From a virus (lineage: Duplodnaviria > Caudoviricetes), in the IMG/VR virus record IMGVR_UViG_3300009193_001313, positions 1 through 26,902 of that record: 26,902 bases of DNA; one strand, given 5' to 3'. Position 1 is the stretch's first letter. Every line of letters starts with the position of its first letter. Below, piece after piece: positions 1 to 9,484 of the stretch. The translations under genes and the position numbers were made by a program. Below the pieces are notes generated by a model. That model was not told the DNA's origin. It did not search any database and saw only the letters and a program-made list of their open reading frames with translations.

Positions 1-56
1 AAGAAGAAAGTGAAGAAACAGGAGGAGGCTGGACAAGCACAGGCTTTTATATTTAA
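1..56 (+). CDS. 3' end of an upstream gene, truncated by the window edge (…EESEETGGGWTSTGFYI*)
   Basis: Open frame from position 3 to TAA at 54-56, purine-rich and coding-like. Too short to assign a function. Confidence 0.4.
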   Translation, partial: EESEETGGGWTSTGFYI

Positions 57-61
57 ATATA

Positions 62-187
62 ATGAAAAAAATGAAAAAAATTGAATGGCCACCTAAGAAA
101 GGTTCTTTTAGAAAAACTCAAGAAGATTTTTTAAAAAAATTAGGCTTAGTAAACAATAAAAAAGATAAAACAAAAATTAAAAAATAA
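62..187 (+). CDS. Possible 41-aa Lys-rich small protein (MKKMKKIEWPPKKGSFRKTQEDFLKKLGLVNNKKDKTKIKK)
   Basis: ATG at 62 (second ATG at 71) to TAA at 185-187, open through very AT-rich DNA. No clear Shine-Dalgarno sequence. Confidence 0.35.
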   Translation: MKKMKKIEWPPKKGSFRKTQEDFLKKLGLVNNKKDKTKIKK

Positions 188-198
188 AAATTAAAATA

Positions 199-241
199 AT
201 ATATATAAAACTAACTTTTGAGATTTTAGCTTTATATATAT
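199..241 (+). promoter_or_regulatory. Class A repeated upstream motif: TA-run, then TTTTGA-N11-TATATATA
   Basis: TATATATA 200-207, TTTTGA 216-221, TATATATA 233-240. Same arrangement at 10074-10107 and nearly the same at 20055-20099. Confidence 0.55.
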
Positions 242-283
242 TAAAGGATTAACTAATAACAAATAAACTAAGGAGTAATGATA

Positions 284-1030
284 ATGGATTTATCTGTAAT
301 AAAATCAAGGTTATCTGAACTACAAACATCAAACCAAAGAACATCGAATCTTTGGAAACCCTCACCTGGTAAAACTCAAGTAAGAATTGTGCCTTACAAA
401 TTTAATAAGGACAATCCGTTTATTGAGTTGTATTTTCATTATGATATGGGCGAAAAGAACTATCTTTCACCTATCTCATTTGGAAGACCAGACCCAATTG
501 AGGAGTTTGCTACTAAGCTTAAAACTTCTGGTAATAAAGAAGACTATAAGCTAGGTAAAAAGATCGAAGCTAAGATGCGTACTTTTGCACCTGTCATCGT
601 AAGAGGTGAAGAGAACGAAGGCGTAAAATTCTGGGGCTTCGGCAAAATGGTCTATCAAGAACTACTTTCTGTAATCGCTGATCCTGACTATGGTGATATT
701 ACAGACCCTGTAAACGGTCGTGATATTGTTGTAGAGTTCAAGACAAGTGAAGAGACAGGACGTTCTTTTCCAATGACTACGATTCGTGTTAAACCGAATC
801 AAACCCCAATGACAGAAAATGCTGACATACTAAGTACTATAAAAGATACTCAGAAGAATATCACAGACATCTATAGAGAGATGGAATATGATGATCTTCA
901 AAAGGCTCTTGAAGGTTGGTTAAGCCAGGAAGGTGATGATGAAGTAGAAGTCACTGATCCTGCAAAAAATGCTAAACCAGCTGCAGTAGAAGATGTATCA
1001 GCTGCTTTTGACGATCTATTTAATTCATAA
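284..1030 (+). CDS. Phage single-stranded DNA-binding protein (gp32-like)
   Basis: LWKP…VRIVP, FWGFGK, DYGDITDP…GRD motifs and acidic tail ending FDDLFNS. First gene of the replication cluster. AGGAG at 271-275 favours ATG 284 over 278. Confidence 0.8.
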   Translation: MDLSVIKSRLSELQTSNQRTSNLWKPSPGKTQVRIVPYKFNKDNPFIELYFHYDMGEKNYLSPISFGRPDPIEEFATKLKTSGNKEDYKLGKKIEAKMRTFAPVIVRGEENEGVKFWGFGKMVYQELLSVIADPDYGDITDPVNGRDIVVEFKTSEETGRSFPMTTIRVKPNQTPMTENADILSTIKDTQKNITDIYREMEYDDLQKALEGWLSQEGDDEVEVTDPAKNAKPAAVEDVSAAFDDLFNS

Positions 1031-1046
1031 AAAGTAGGAGAAAGTT

Positions 1047-2153
1047 ATGAGCGAGAGACGTGATGTCCTTGCTAGCGAGCTAGCAGAGAGTCTAAACTCT
1101 AAGATTAAAGGACAAAAAGTTGCTTTTTTCTTAGACGGTTCCGACGATACACCAACAGACATAAAGGACTTTATATCTACAGGATCATCTTTATTAGACT
1201 TGGCAATATCAAACAGACCGAATGGTGGAATAGCAGTGGGAAGAATAACAGAGATTAATGGTCTCCAGGCTTCCGGAAAATCATTGCTTGGTGCACATAT
1301 TCTTGCCGAGACACAGAAAAAAGGTGGTATTGGAATCTATATTGATACAGAAACTTCAGTTAGCAAGGAGTTTTTAGATGCAATAGGCGCTGATACAAAA
1401 AATATCCTGTATCTTCACATGGAAACTGTTGAAGATATATTTCAAGGTATTGAAGACATTGTAACTAAAGTAAGAGAATCTAGCAAAGACAAACATATAA
1501 CTATACTTGTTGACAGTCTTGCAGCTGCTTCTACTAAGGTTGAAATGTCGTCTGATTATGATAAAGACGGATGGGCTACTTCAAAAGCGATTATTATCTC
1601 CAAGGCTATGAGAAAGATTACACAAATGATTGGAAGGCATAAAATCAGTTTAGTGTTTACTAATCAATTAAGACAGAAGATGGGCGTTATGTTTGGTGAT
1701 CCATATACAACGAGTGGTGGCTTGGCTTTGCCATTTCACGCTTCAACACGTATTAGATTATCAAATATGGGAATGATTAAAGATAAAGAAGGAAATGTAA
1801 TCGGACACAAATGTCGTGCAAAAATAGTTAAAAACAGAATTGGTCCTCCATTAAGAATTTCAGACTATGAAATGTATTTTGATAGAGGTATTGATGATGA
1901 AGGCGGCTGGTTAACGCAATTAAAGAATCTAAAAATTGCTCAAACAGCAGGTGCCTGGTATACAATTGACTATGACGGCAAACCTATAAAGTTCTTATCA
2001 AAGGACTTCAAAGAGAAACTCGCAGAAAACGAAGGGCTTAAAGACTATCTGTATGATAAGATCTGTGAAGCTAGCATTCTGACTTACGAAGATAAACGAG
2101 GCATTGATGATGTCGAGTTTACAGACGAAGTTGTGGATGGTGACCTTGCGTAA
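1047..2153 (+). CDS. recA: RecA/UvsX-like recombinase
   Basis: ISTGSSLLDLAI, GRITEING, Walker A GLQASGKS, Walker B ILVDSLAA, FTNQLR, TTSGGLALPFHASTRI, KNRIGPP. SD AGGAG upstream. Confidence 0.95.
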   Translation: MSERRDVLASELAESLNSKIKGQKVAFFLDGSDDTPTDIKDFISTGSSLLDLAISNRPNGGIAVGRITEINGLQASGKSLLGAHILAETQKKGGIGIYIDTETSVSKEFLDAIGADTKNILYLHMETVEDIFQGIEDIVTKVRESSKDKHITILVDSLAAASTKVEMSSDYDKDGWATSKAIIISKAMRKITQMIGRHKISLVFTNQLRQKMGVMFGDPYTTSGGLALPFHASTRIRLSNMGMIKDKEGNVIGHKCRAKIVKNRIGPPLRISDYEMYFDRGIDDEGGWLTQLKNLKIAQTAGAWYTIDYDGKPIKFLSKDFKEKLAENEGLKDYLYDKICEASILTYEDKRGIDDVEFTDEVVDGDLA

Positions 2154-3159
2154 AAGATACAGAGAAATATTATCTGATATCGGGAAGCAGGTTTCTACTG
2201 AAAGCGGCTTAAATGAACACGTCCTGATAATTGACGGCTTAAACAATTTTATCAGGACGTGGGCCGCATCACCAGCTACTAATGCAGATGGACAACACAT
2301 AGGTGGTATTGTTGGATTCTTACAAACAGTAGGTTTGGCTGTAAGAACGATAATGCCAACAAGAGTTATCATAACTTTCGATGGAAAAGGTGGATCAGCA
2401 AGAAGAAAGAAAATATTCCCAGAATACAAAGCAGGAAGAAAACCTTTGAAAAGACCTAACAGGGTTGAAGGTTTGACTGATGAAAGTGAATCTGAAAACA
2501 TGCGCAGACAGTTTAGGCGCTTAATTGAGTATCTAGACTGTCTGCCGGTTACAGTTATAACAATGGAGAATATAGAAGCTGATGACACAATGGCTTATAT
2601 TTCAAAGCAAGTACTGAACAATTCAAGAATAACAATCATGAGTACAGACAAAGATTTCTATCAGATAGTAAATGATAGAATCGCTGTTTGGTCACCAACG
2701 AAAAAAGTTTTATATGACAGAAAACGTCTCGAAGAAGAATTTGAGATACTTGCTGAGAACTTTATTTATTATAGAATAATAGACGGTGACAAATCTGATA
2801 ATATCAATGGTGTAAGGGGTCTAGGTTTAAAGACAATAAGAAAAAAATACCCATCTTTGACTGATGAAGCAATAATTAATATAGATGAGTTTTTAAATGT
2901 TACACAACTATTTGAACACAAAGACCTACTAATAAGAAACTACAGATTAATGCAGCTCCATGATGTTGACATTCCTGGCAATGCAAAGTTATCTATTGTA
3001 GACCAAGTTAGAGATGGAACTTCAAGACTTGTAAAATATAAAATTCATAAAATGTTTTTAGAAGACACTATAGACCATGCAATTAGAAATCCTGATGTAT
3101 GGCTTCAGGAGTCTTTCAACCAATTAGAATTAATACTAAATAATGCCGCCAATAAATGA
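2137..3159 (+). CDS. 5'-3' exonuclease/flap endonuclease (T4 RNase H or Pol I N-terminal family)
   Basis: LIIDGLN, TFDG, YKAGR, EADD, STDKDFYQ and the helix-hairpin-helix GDKSDNINGVRGLGLKT. Start taken as ATG 2137, overlapping the recA end. Confidence 0.92.
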   Translation: MVTLRKRYREILSDIGKQVSTESGLNEHVLIIDGLNNFIRTWAASPATNADGQHIGGIVGFLQTVGLAVRTIMPTRVIITFDGKGGSARRKKIFPEYKAGRKPLKRPNRVEGLTDESESENMRRQFRRLIEYLDCLPVTVITMENIEADDTMAYISKQVLNNSRITIMSTDKDFYQIVNDRIAVWSPTKKVLYDRKRLEEEFEILAENFIYYRIIDGDKSDNINGVRGLGLKTIRKKYPSLTDEAIINIDEFLNVTQLFEHKDLLIRNYRLMQLHDVDIPGNAKLSIVDQVRDGTSRLVKYKIHKMFLEDTIDHAIRNPDVWLQESFNQLELILNNAANK

Positions 3160-4552
3160 TGATTTAACAAAATACGGATCTGTTTTTCAGACTAAGATAA
3201 TAACTTCTCTGTTGACAGATGCTACATTCGCTGTTACTATTTACGATATGATGCAACCAGAACTAATGGGGACGGAAGCAAAACAGTGGTTGGTAAAATC
3301 AATAAAAGATTATTACTACGAATATAAAGTTACTCCTACACTAGCAGCTCTAAAAGTAAAGATAAATGAAATAACAACAGATTTACTCAAAGATGCAGTT
3401 GTTGATGAGTTAAGAGAAGTAACAAAAAGTATTGAAGCATTAGACTTACAATTTGTTAAAAATGAAACAGTAACATTTTGTAGAAATCAAATGCTAAAAT
3501 CTGCAATTATTAAGTCTGTTGACTTACTGCAGTTAGGCCAATATGAAGAGATAAAACGAGTTGTAGATAATGCAATGCGCGCTGGAACTCACAGAGATAT
3601 TGGTTTAGAATATGTAAAAGAATTTGACAAAATATTAGAAGATGTAAACAGAACTTGTGTGCCTTCTGGATGGGAGCCAATAGATGAAGTAATGGATGGC
3701 GGTCTTTCTGGAGGTGAGCTAGGTGTTGTAGTCGCACCTTCTGGTATTGGAAAAAGTTGGTTCTTACAAGCGCTTGGTGTTAATGCACTTAAAGCAGGTA
3801 AGAATGTAGTTTTCTATACACTCGAATTAAATGAAGCTTATGTCGGTATGCGGTTTGCAACAATATTCTCAGGAGTTCCTGTTGCAAATATAAAAGATAA
3901 TAAAGACGAAGTTAGAGAAACAATTAATAACGATTGTAAAGGTGAACTAATAATAAAATACTTTCCAACAAGAGGTGCTACGGTTCAGACTATACACACT
4001 CATTTAAAGACAATAGAGCTGATGGGACATGAGCCAGACTTAATATTAGTTGACTATGCTGATTTGCTCAGAGATGTAGGCAACCAAGAACAGGCTGTAA
4101 GACATGCACTTGGAAATATTTATGAAGATTTAAGAGGCCTTAGTGGTGAATTCCAAATACCTGTATGGACAGCATCACAATCGAATAGATCATCACTAGA
4201 AGATGAAGTTATTGGTGCAGAAAAGATTGCAGAATCTTATGCAAAAATAATGACAGCTGATTTTGTTATGTCACTTTCTAGAAAGATAGAAGATAAAATT
4301 GCAAACACAGGTCGTGTCCATGTAATTAAAAATAGATTCGGTCCTGATGGAATGACATATCCTCTGACAATGAACACATCTGTTGGAAAATTAGATGTAT
4401 ATGATTCATCATCAGCTAACGGTCAAAATGAACAGAAGAAGCAAGACAACGGCACTGAATACACAAGAAAATTATTAGCTCAAAAATATGAAAGCTTTAA
4501 GCCAGGTGAAGAAAAAAAGGAAGGAGACTACAAAAATTTTGAGACAAATTAA
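3143..4552 (+). CDS. Replicative DnaB/gp41-like SF4 helicase
   Basis: GGLSGGEL, Walker A APSGIGKS, YTLEL, Walker B LVDYADLL, WTASQSNR, IKNRFG. Confidence 0.93.
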   Translation: MPPINDDLTKYGSVFQTKIITSLLTDATFAVTIYDMMQPELMGTEAKQWLVKSIKDYYYEYKVTPTLAALKVKINEITTDLLKDAVVDELREVTKSIEALDLQFVKNETVTFCRNQMLKSAIIKSVDLLQLGQYEEIKRVVDNAMRAGTHRDIGLEYVKEFDKILEDVNRTCVPSGWEPIDEVMDGGLSGGELGVVVAPSGIGKSWFLQALGVNALKAGKNVVFYTLELNEAYVGMRFATIFSGVPVANIKDNKDEVRETINNDCKGELIIKYFPTRGATVQTIHTHLKTIELMGHEPDLILVDYADLLRDVGNQEQAVRHALGNIYEDLRGLSGEFQIPVWTASQSNRSSLEDEVIGAEKIAESYAKIMTADFVMSLSRKIEDKIANTGRVHVIKNRFGPDGMTYPLTMNTSVGKLDVYDSSSANGQNEQKKQDNGTEYTRKLLAQKYESFKPGEEKKEGDYKNFETN

Positions 4553-4617
4553 GTATATCCCGTTATTTAACTTAGCGGTTAGGAAAATCATTTATAAAGA
4601 CATTAGGAGAAGTTGCA

Positions 4618-6591
4618 ATGGATTCAAGTAGATTCAAGCTTTCACAAGCATTCATAGACAAATATAAAAGAAAAAAAGCACCATTTGGTTTCAATGGTTT
4701 AGGAGAATTAGTCTTTATGAGGACATATTCTAGACTAAAAGAAAATGGAAAAAACGAAAAATGGTGGGAAACAGTGCAAAGGGTTGTAGAGGGAACATAC
4801 TCAATGCAAAAAGACCATATTGAATCACATCAATTAGGTTGGAACCCGTGGCAAGCACAAAAATCTGCACAAGAAATGTTTGATAGAATATTTAACATGA
4901 AGTTTTTACCACCAGGTAGAGGTTTATGGGCAATGGGAACAGCAATAACAGAAGAAAGAAATCTATACGCTGCTCTTAATAATTGTGCATTTGTATCAAC
5001 AGAAACTATAAAAGATGACGGCTCAAAACCTTTCACATTTTTAATGGACGCAAGTATGTTAGGTGTGGGTGTTGGTTTTGACACAAAAGGTGCTGACCAA
5101 ATAATGGTAAAAGGTCCTACAGAAAAAAGAGATCCTGAAGTAATTACAATACCAGACACAAGAGAAGGCTGGGTAGAATCAGTTGCAGCATTAATTGATT
5201 CTTATTTTCACGGAACATCTGCAATAACATTTGATTATTCTAAAATCAGACCAGCAGGCGTGCCGATTAAAGGTTTTGGAGGACAATCAAGTGGTCCTGA
5301 ACCTTTGAAAGAAGTTCATGAAACTATAAGAGGTGCACTAGATGGAAATGCAGGTTCACCAATTACAATTACAACAATAGTAGACATAATGAACCTCATC
5401 GGGAAGTGTGTAGTAGCAGGAAACGTACGCCGCACAGCTGAAATCGTATTCGGTGACCCTTATTCTGATGAGTACATGGACCTAAAAGATTATGAAGTAA
5501 ACCCTCACAGAGATCAATACGGATGGACATCTAATAATTCAATATTTGCAGAGCTAGGAATGGATTATTCTGACGCTTGTAAAAGAGTTGTTAAGAATGG
5601 TGAGCCAGGATTTGCATGGCTAGATAATATGCGTGAATACTCTAGGATGAAAGATCCTAAAAACAATAAAGACCACAGAGCAATGGGTGGAAATCCTTGT
5701 TTGGAACAAACTCTAGAATCTTATGAATTGTGTTGCTTAGTTGAAACATTTCCGTATAAACATGAATCATTAGAAGATTATAAAAAGACATTAAAGTATG
5801 CGTACTTATATGCAAAGACAGTTACATTAGGAAAAACACATTGGCCAGAAACAAACAGAGTTATGCTTCGTAATAGAAGAATAGGATGTTCTGTTAGTGG
5901 AGTTGCTCAGTTTTTAACTTACAGAGGTGTTGGTGAATTAAGAGATTGGCTAGAATCAGGATATGATGAAATTCAACGTTTAGATACTGTTTATTCAGAC
6001 TTCTTAGCTATTCCCAAGTCAATAAAAACAACATCTGTAAAGCCAAGTGGAACAGTATCACTACTTGCAGGATCAACGCCAGGCGTACACTATCCAGAAT
6101 CAAGACATTACATCAGAAGAATGAGATTATCAAACCAGTCAGAACTACTTAAACCGTTACAAGATGCAGGATACACAATAGAACCTGCATTTGGTTCTGA
6201 AGACTCTACTGTTTGTATAGAAGTTCCAATAGATGTCGGTGATGGAATAAGAACTGCAAAGGAATTGACTGTATGGGAACAATTCAGTCTAGCAGCACTA
6301 CTGCAAAGACATTGGGCAGATAATCAAGTTAGTTGTACAGTTACATTTGATCCAGAGACAGAAGCAGATCAATTAGAACAGTGTTTGAATTACTTTCAAT
6401 ATCAGTTAAAGGGAATAAGTTGTTTACCTCGATTAGACATGGGTGCATATAAACAAATGCCTTATGAAGCAATTGATGAGAAGACTTACAATAAAATGAG
6501 TAAGAAATTAAAGAACTTATCTTTTGCAAAGATGAAAGGCGAAGATTCAGAAGCTGAAAAGTTTTGTGATGGCGATGTATGCATCGTTTAA
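4618..6591 (+). CDS. nrdJ: Class II adenosylcobalamin-dependent ribonucleotide reductase (monomeric RTPR type)
   Basis: RTYSR, PPGRGLW, LNNCAF, GNVRR, catalytic NPCLE, KPSGTVSLL, C-terminal CDGDVC dithiol. No beta subunit gene nearby. Confidence 0.95.
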   Translation: MDSSRFKLSQAFIDKYKRKKAPFGFNGLGELVFMRTYSRLKENGKNEKWWETVQRVVEGTYSMQKDHIESHQLGWNPWQAQKSAQEMFDRIFNMKFLPPGRGLWAMGTAITEERNLYAALNNCAFVSTETIKDDGSKPFTFLMDASMLGVGVGFDTKGADQIMVKGPTEKRDPEVITIPDTREGWVESVAALIDSYFHGTSAITFDYSKIRPAGVPIKGFGGQSSGPEPLKEVHETIRGALDGNAGSPITITTIVDIMNLIGKCVVAGNVRRTAEIVFGDPYSDEYMDLKDYEVNPHRDQYGWTSNNSIFAELGMDYSDACKRVVKNGEPGFAWLDNMREYSRMKDPKNNKDHRAMGGNPCLEQTLESYELCCLVETFPYKHESLEDYKKTLKYAYLYAKTVTLGKTHWPETNRVMLRNRRIGCSVSGVAQFLTYRGVGELRDWLESGYDEIQRLDTVYSDFLAIPKSIKTTSVKPSGTVSLLAGSTPGVHYPESRHYIRRMRLSNQSELLKPLQDAGYTIEPAFGSEDSTVCIEVPIDVGDGIRTAKELTVWEQFSLAALLQRHWADNQVSCTVTFDPETEADQLEQCLNYFQYQLKGISCLPRLDMGAYKQMPYEAIDEKTYNKMSKKLKNLSFAKMKGEDSEAEKFCDGDVCIV

Positions 6592-6608
6592 ATTTACACA
6601 AAAAGCGG

Positions 6609-6642
6609 ACAGGCAGACGGCACACCTGTAGAAAAATGTGCC
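6609..6642 (+). promoter_or_regulatory. H-type RNA pseudoknot in the receptor 5' leader (candidate cis-regulatory RNA)
   Basis: ACAGG 6609-6613 pairs with CCTGT 6625-6629; GGCACA 6619-6624 pairs with TGTGCC 6637-6642; loops CAGAC, none, AGAAAAA. GC-rich island in an AT-rich spacer. Confidence 0.65.
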
Positions 6643-6672
6643 ACTTACTAATCAAAAACAAGGAGACAGATT

Positions 6673-9399
6673 ATGAACTATCGTAATCTTGCTGTGTCCT
6701 TACTATTCTTATCAGGATTGTTCGCGCAATCTATTGTAGGTGTAGTACTGGATTCAGACTCAGAACCACTTGTTGGAGCTAATGTAGTAGTTGAAGAAAC
6801 AGATCTTGGAGGAGTTACCGATTCAGAAGGTAAATTCAAAATAGACGTCGTTTCTGGGGACTATGACATCACTGCTTCCTTCATTGGTTATATCTCAAAC
6901 ACTCAAACAGTTAGTGTCGGAGATATTGTGTCAAGCGTCAATTTTATTATGGAATCTGACGTTGTTGCAATGACAGCATTAGAAGTTTTGGCTTCTCGTG
7001 CAGACGAAAACACACCTGTTGCCTATACTACGGTTGATAAAGCTGAAATGGAAATCAGACTTGGTAGTCAAGATATTCCAATGGCGCTTAATATGACACC
7101 GTCAGTTTATGCGACTCAACAAGGTGGTGGTGCGGGTGATGCTCGTATCAATGTTCGTGGTTTTAACCAAAGAAATGTTGCTGTTATGATTAATGGTGTA
7201 CCTCAAAACGATATGGAAAACGGTTGGGTTTATTGGTCCAATTGGGACGGTGTAGCAGATGCTGCAAACTCTATCCAGATGCAACGAGGTTTATCAGCAG
7301 TCAATCTAGCAACACCTTCTATAGGTGGAACTATGAACATAATAACAGATCCTGCTGCTCACGAAAAAGGTGGGTTAGTTAAACAGGAGGCTGGAGCTGG
7401 TGGTTTTATGAAAACTACTATGAATTACAACACAGGTCTTATTGGCGATAAGTTAGCATTGAGCGGAACAATCGTTAGAAAGACAGGTGATGGAATCATT
7501 GATGGAACTTGGACAGATGCATGGGCATACTACTTAGGTGGAAGCTATGCAGTCAGTGACGATCAACGATTCGAACTATACGCTATTGGTGCACCACAGC
7601 GTCATGGTCAAAATCTATACAAGCAGAATATAGCGACTTACTCGCAAGATCTGGCAGGAGACATTGATGGTTATAATGACTCTGCTTATGTTGCAGGTGA
7701 GAAGTTTGAAACTGAAGCTGGTAGACTATTTAACCAGAACTGGGCACCTGTGGATGAGTCCTATAAAGGCAAACAGTATTTTTATATGTATGGTGCAAAC
7801 ACTGCAGATAGAATGAATGCTGGTATGCTTAATGAAAGGGAAAATTATTTCCACAAGCCTCTTGTCAACTTAAACCACTTTTTAACTTTAAATGACAATG
7901 CAAGATTAAGTTCAGTACTATATTGGAGTGGTGGCTCTGGTGGAGGAACTGGAACTTATGGTAGCGTAAGTAGAACACCCGCGGTAGAAGGAGAAAGATG
8001 GTATGCATCTTCACCCTGGCAATGGGATTGGAATGCTGAGATAGCACAGAACTCTGCTAATGTAGATTCTGCCTTTTCAGATACAGAAAATCGCTCAACA
8101 GGAATCCTTCGTAATTCAATTAATCGTCAAAACACTTATGGGTTAATTTCTAAACTTAATTATGATATATCAGATGAGTTAGAGGTTCAAGTAGGTATTG
8201 ATTGGCGAACTGCTGAAATAGAACATGCGCGTGAAGTACGTGATCTACTTGGTGGTGATTATTATGTAGATTATGCAGACGACAATGCCGAAGACGGTAA
8301 AATTGTTCGTTTAGGTGATGAAATCGCATACTTTAACACTACAACAGTAGACTGGTTTGGTAGTTTTGCACAAGGTAAGTACACAACTGACAAAATGAGT
8401 TTATATGGTATGGGTGGTTTATCCACTATAGCGTATTCCTATCAGGATCACTTTACTGTGGCTAATGAAAAGATAAGTGCTGATCCAATCACTACATTTC
8501 AGTTAAAAGGTGGTGCTACTTACAATTTAGATGATCGTATGTCTGGATTTGTTAATTACGGATACGTTCAAAAGCCGCCAATTATGGACAACGTCATATA
8601 CTATGATGGAACAGTAGCTACTGACCCTGATAATGAGAAGTTTAAAAGCTTTGAATTTGGTGGAAAGTATAACAGTGATAAAGTGGCTGTTAAGTTAAGT
8701 CAGTATAACACACGCTGGATTGATAGAAATATCACTAAAGCTGTTTCAACAGGTCAAGGCGATTCTGGTGATACTGATGTTATCTTTTTACGAGGAGTTG
8801 AACAAAATCATACTGGTTGGGAAGTGGAAAGTAAAATTGCTGTTCACGAAATGCTAGATATTGATTTGGCTTTAAGTAAAGGTAATTGGAAGTTCGTAGG
8901 TGACGCTGATGGTACATATCAAGAACAAGAGTTCAATGAGAACGGTGAAGTAATTGGTATGACAACATCTGAGTATTCTTATGCACTTAATGACCTTATG
9001 GTTGGTGACATGCCGCAAACAGCTTATGTTGGTGGATTAACATTCAAGCCAATTAAAGGTCTAAACATGCAAGCTCTTTACAGAATGTATGATGATAATT
9101 ACTCCGACTGGAGTCCTGATTCACGTGAAGTAGATGGTGATGCAGATAGAGATCAGGTTTGGAAAGCACCTGGTTATGGTAAGTTAGACTTACACTTATC
9201 TTATAAGCTTCCAATAGATGCAGTTGATATGACATTATCAGCTCATTTATTTAATGCACTTGACGGAGTATACGTACAAGATGCTGTTGACAATAGTCAA
9301 TATAATGGGTATGGTGACAAAGTTCACGCTGCTCATAACGCAGAAGTATTTCTTGGAACACCAAGATATGCTAATGTAGGAATTTCAGTTAATTTCTAA
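6673..9399 (+). CDS. TonB-dependent outer-membrane receptor with N-terminal carboxypeptidase-regulatory-like domain
   Basis: Signal peptide (…SGLFA|Q), EPLVGANVVV…TDSEGKF…SFIGY domain, plug motifs RINVRGF…VMINGVP and GGTMNIIT, amphipathic beta strands, terminal PRYANVGISVNF with C-terminal Phe. SD AGGAG 6661-6665. Confidence 0.93.
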   Translation: MNYRNLAVSLLFLSGLFAQSIVGVVLDSDSEPLVGANVVVEETDLGGVTDSEGKFKIDVVSGDYDITASFIGYISNTQTVSVGDIVSSVNFIMESDVVAMTALEVLASRADENTPVAYTTVDKAEMEIRLGSQDIPMALNMTPSVYATQQGGGAGDARINVRGFNQRNVAVMINGVPQNDMENGWVYWSNWDGVADAANSIQMQRGLSAVNLATPSIGGTMNIITDPAAHEKGGLVKQEAGAGGFMKTTMNYNTGLIGDKLALSGTIVRKTGDGIIDGTWTDAWAYYLGGSYAVSDDQRFELYAIGAPQRHGQNLYKQNIATYSQDLAGDIDGYNDSAYVAGEKFETEAGRLFNQNWAPVDESYKGKQYFYMYGANTADRMNAGMLNERENYFHKPLVNLNHFLTLNDNARLSSVLYWSGGSGGGTGTYGSVSRTPAVEGERWYASSPWQWDWNAEIAQNSANVDSAFSDTENRSTGILRNSINRQNTYGLISKLNYDISDELEVQVGIDWRTAEIEHAREVRDLLGGDYYVDYADDNAEDGKIVRLGDEIAYFNTTTVDWFGSFAQGKYTTDKMSLYGMGGLSTIAYSYQDHFTVANEKISADPITTFQLKGGATYNLDDRMSGFVNYGYVQKPPIMDNVIYYDGTVATDPDNEKFKSFEFGGKYNSDKVAVKLSQYNTRWIDRNITKAVSTGQGDSGDTDVIFLRGVEQNHTGWEVESKIAVHEMLDIDLALSKGNWKFVGDADGTYQEQEFNENGEVIGMTTSEYSYALNDLMVGDMPQTAYVGGLTFKPIKGLNMQALYRMYDDNYSDWSPDSREVDGDADRDQVWKAPGYGKLDLHLSYKLPIDAVDMTLSAHLFNALDGVYVQDAVDNSQYNGYGDKVHAAHNAEVFLGTPRYANVGISVNF

Positions 9400-9407
9400 T
9401 TGAAATT
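9381..9407 (+). other. AT-rich inverted repeat spanning the receptor stop codon, directly before tRNA-Ala
   Basis: AATTTCAGTTA (9381-9391) pairs with TAATTGAAATT (9397-9407) with one G-U pair and a 5-nt loop. Possibly an RNA processing or 3'-stabilising hairpin. Confidence 0.35.
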
Positions 9408-9408
9408 T

Positions 9409-9481
9409 GGGGCTGTAGCTCAGTTGGGAGAGCGCCGCACTTGCACTGCGGAGGTCGTAGGTTCGATCCCTATCAGCTCCA
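9409..9481 (+). tRNA. tRNA-Ala (UGC)
   Basis: Cloverleaf: acceptor GGGGCTG/CAGCTCC with G3:U70, D stem GCTC/GAGC, anticodon stem CCGCA/TGCGG with TGC at 9442-9444, T loop TTCGATC, discriminator A. CCA not encoded. Confidence 0.97.
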
Positions 9482-9484
9482 CTA

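Noticed and set aside
4553-4617. Cobalamin riboswitch upstream of nrdJ
   Set aside because: The spacer is only 65 nt with one weak hairpin (CCGTTA/TAGCGG) and no B12-box-like sequence.
6586-6642. Frameshift or readthrough fusing NrdJ to the receptor through the pseudoknot
   Set aside because: The pseudoknot lies after the nrdJ TAA, NrdJ ends in its normal C-terminal cysteine pair, and the receptor has its own SD and signal peptide.
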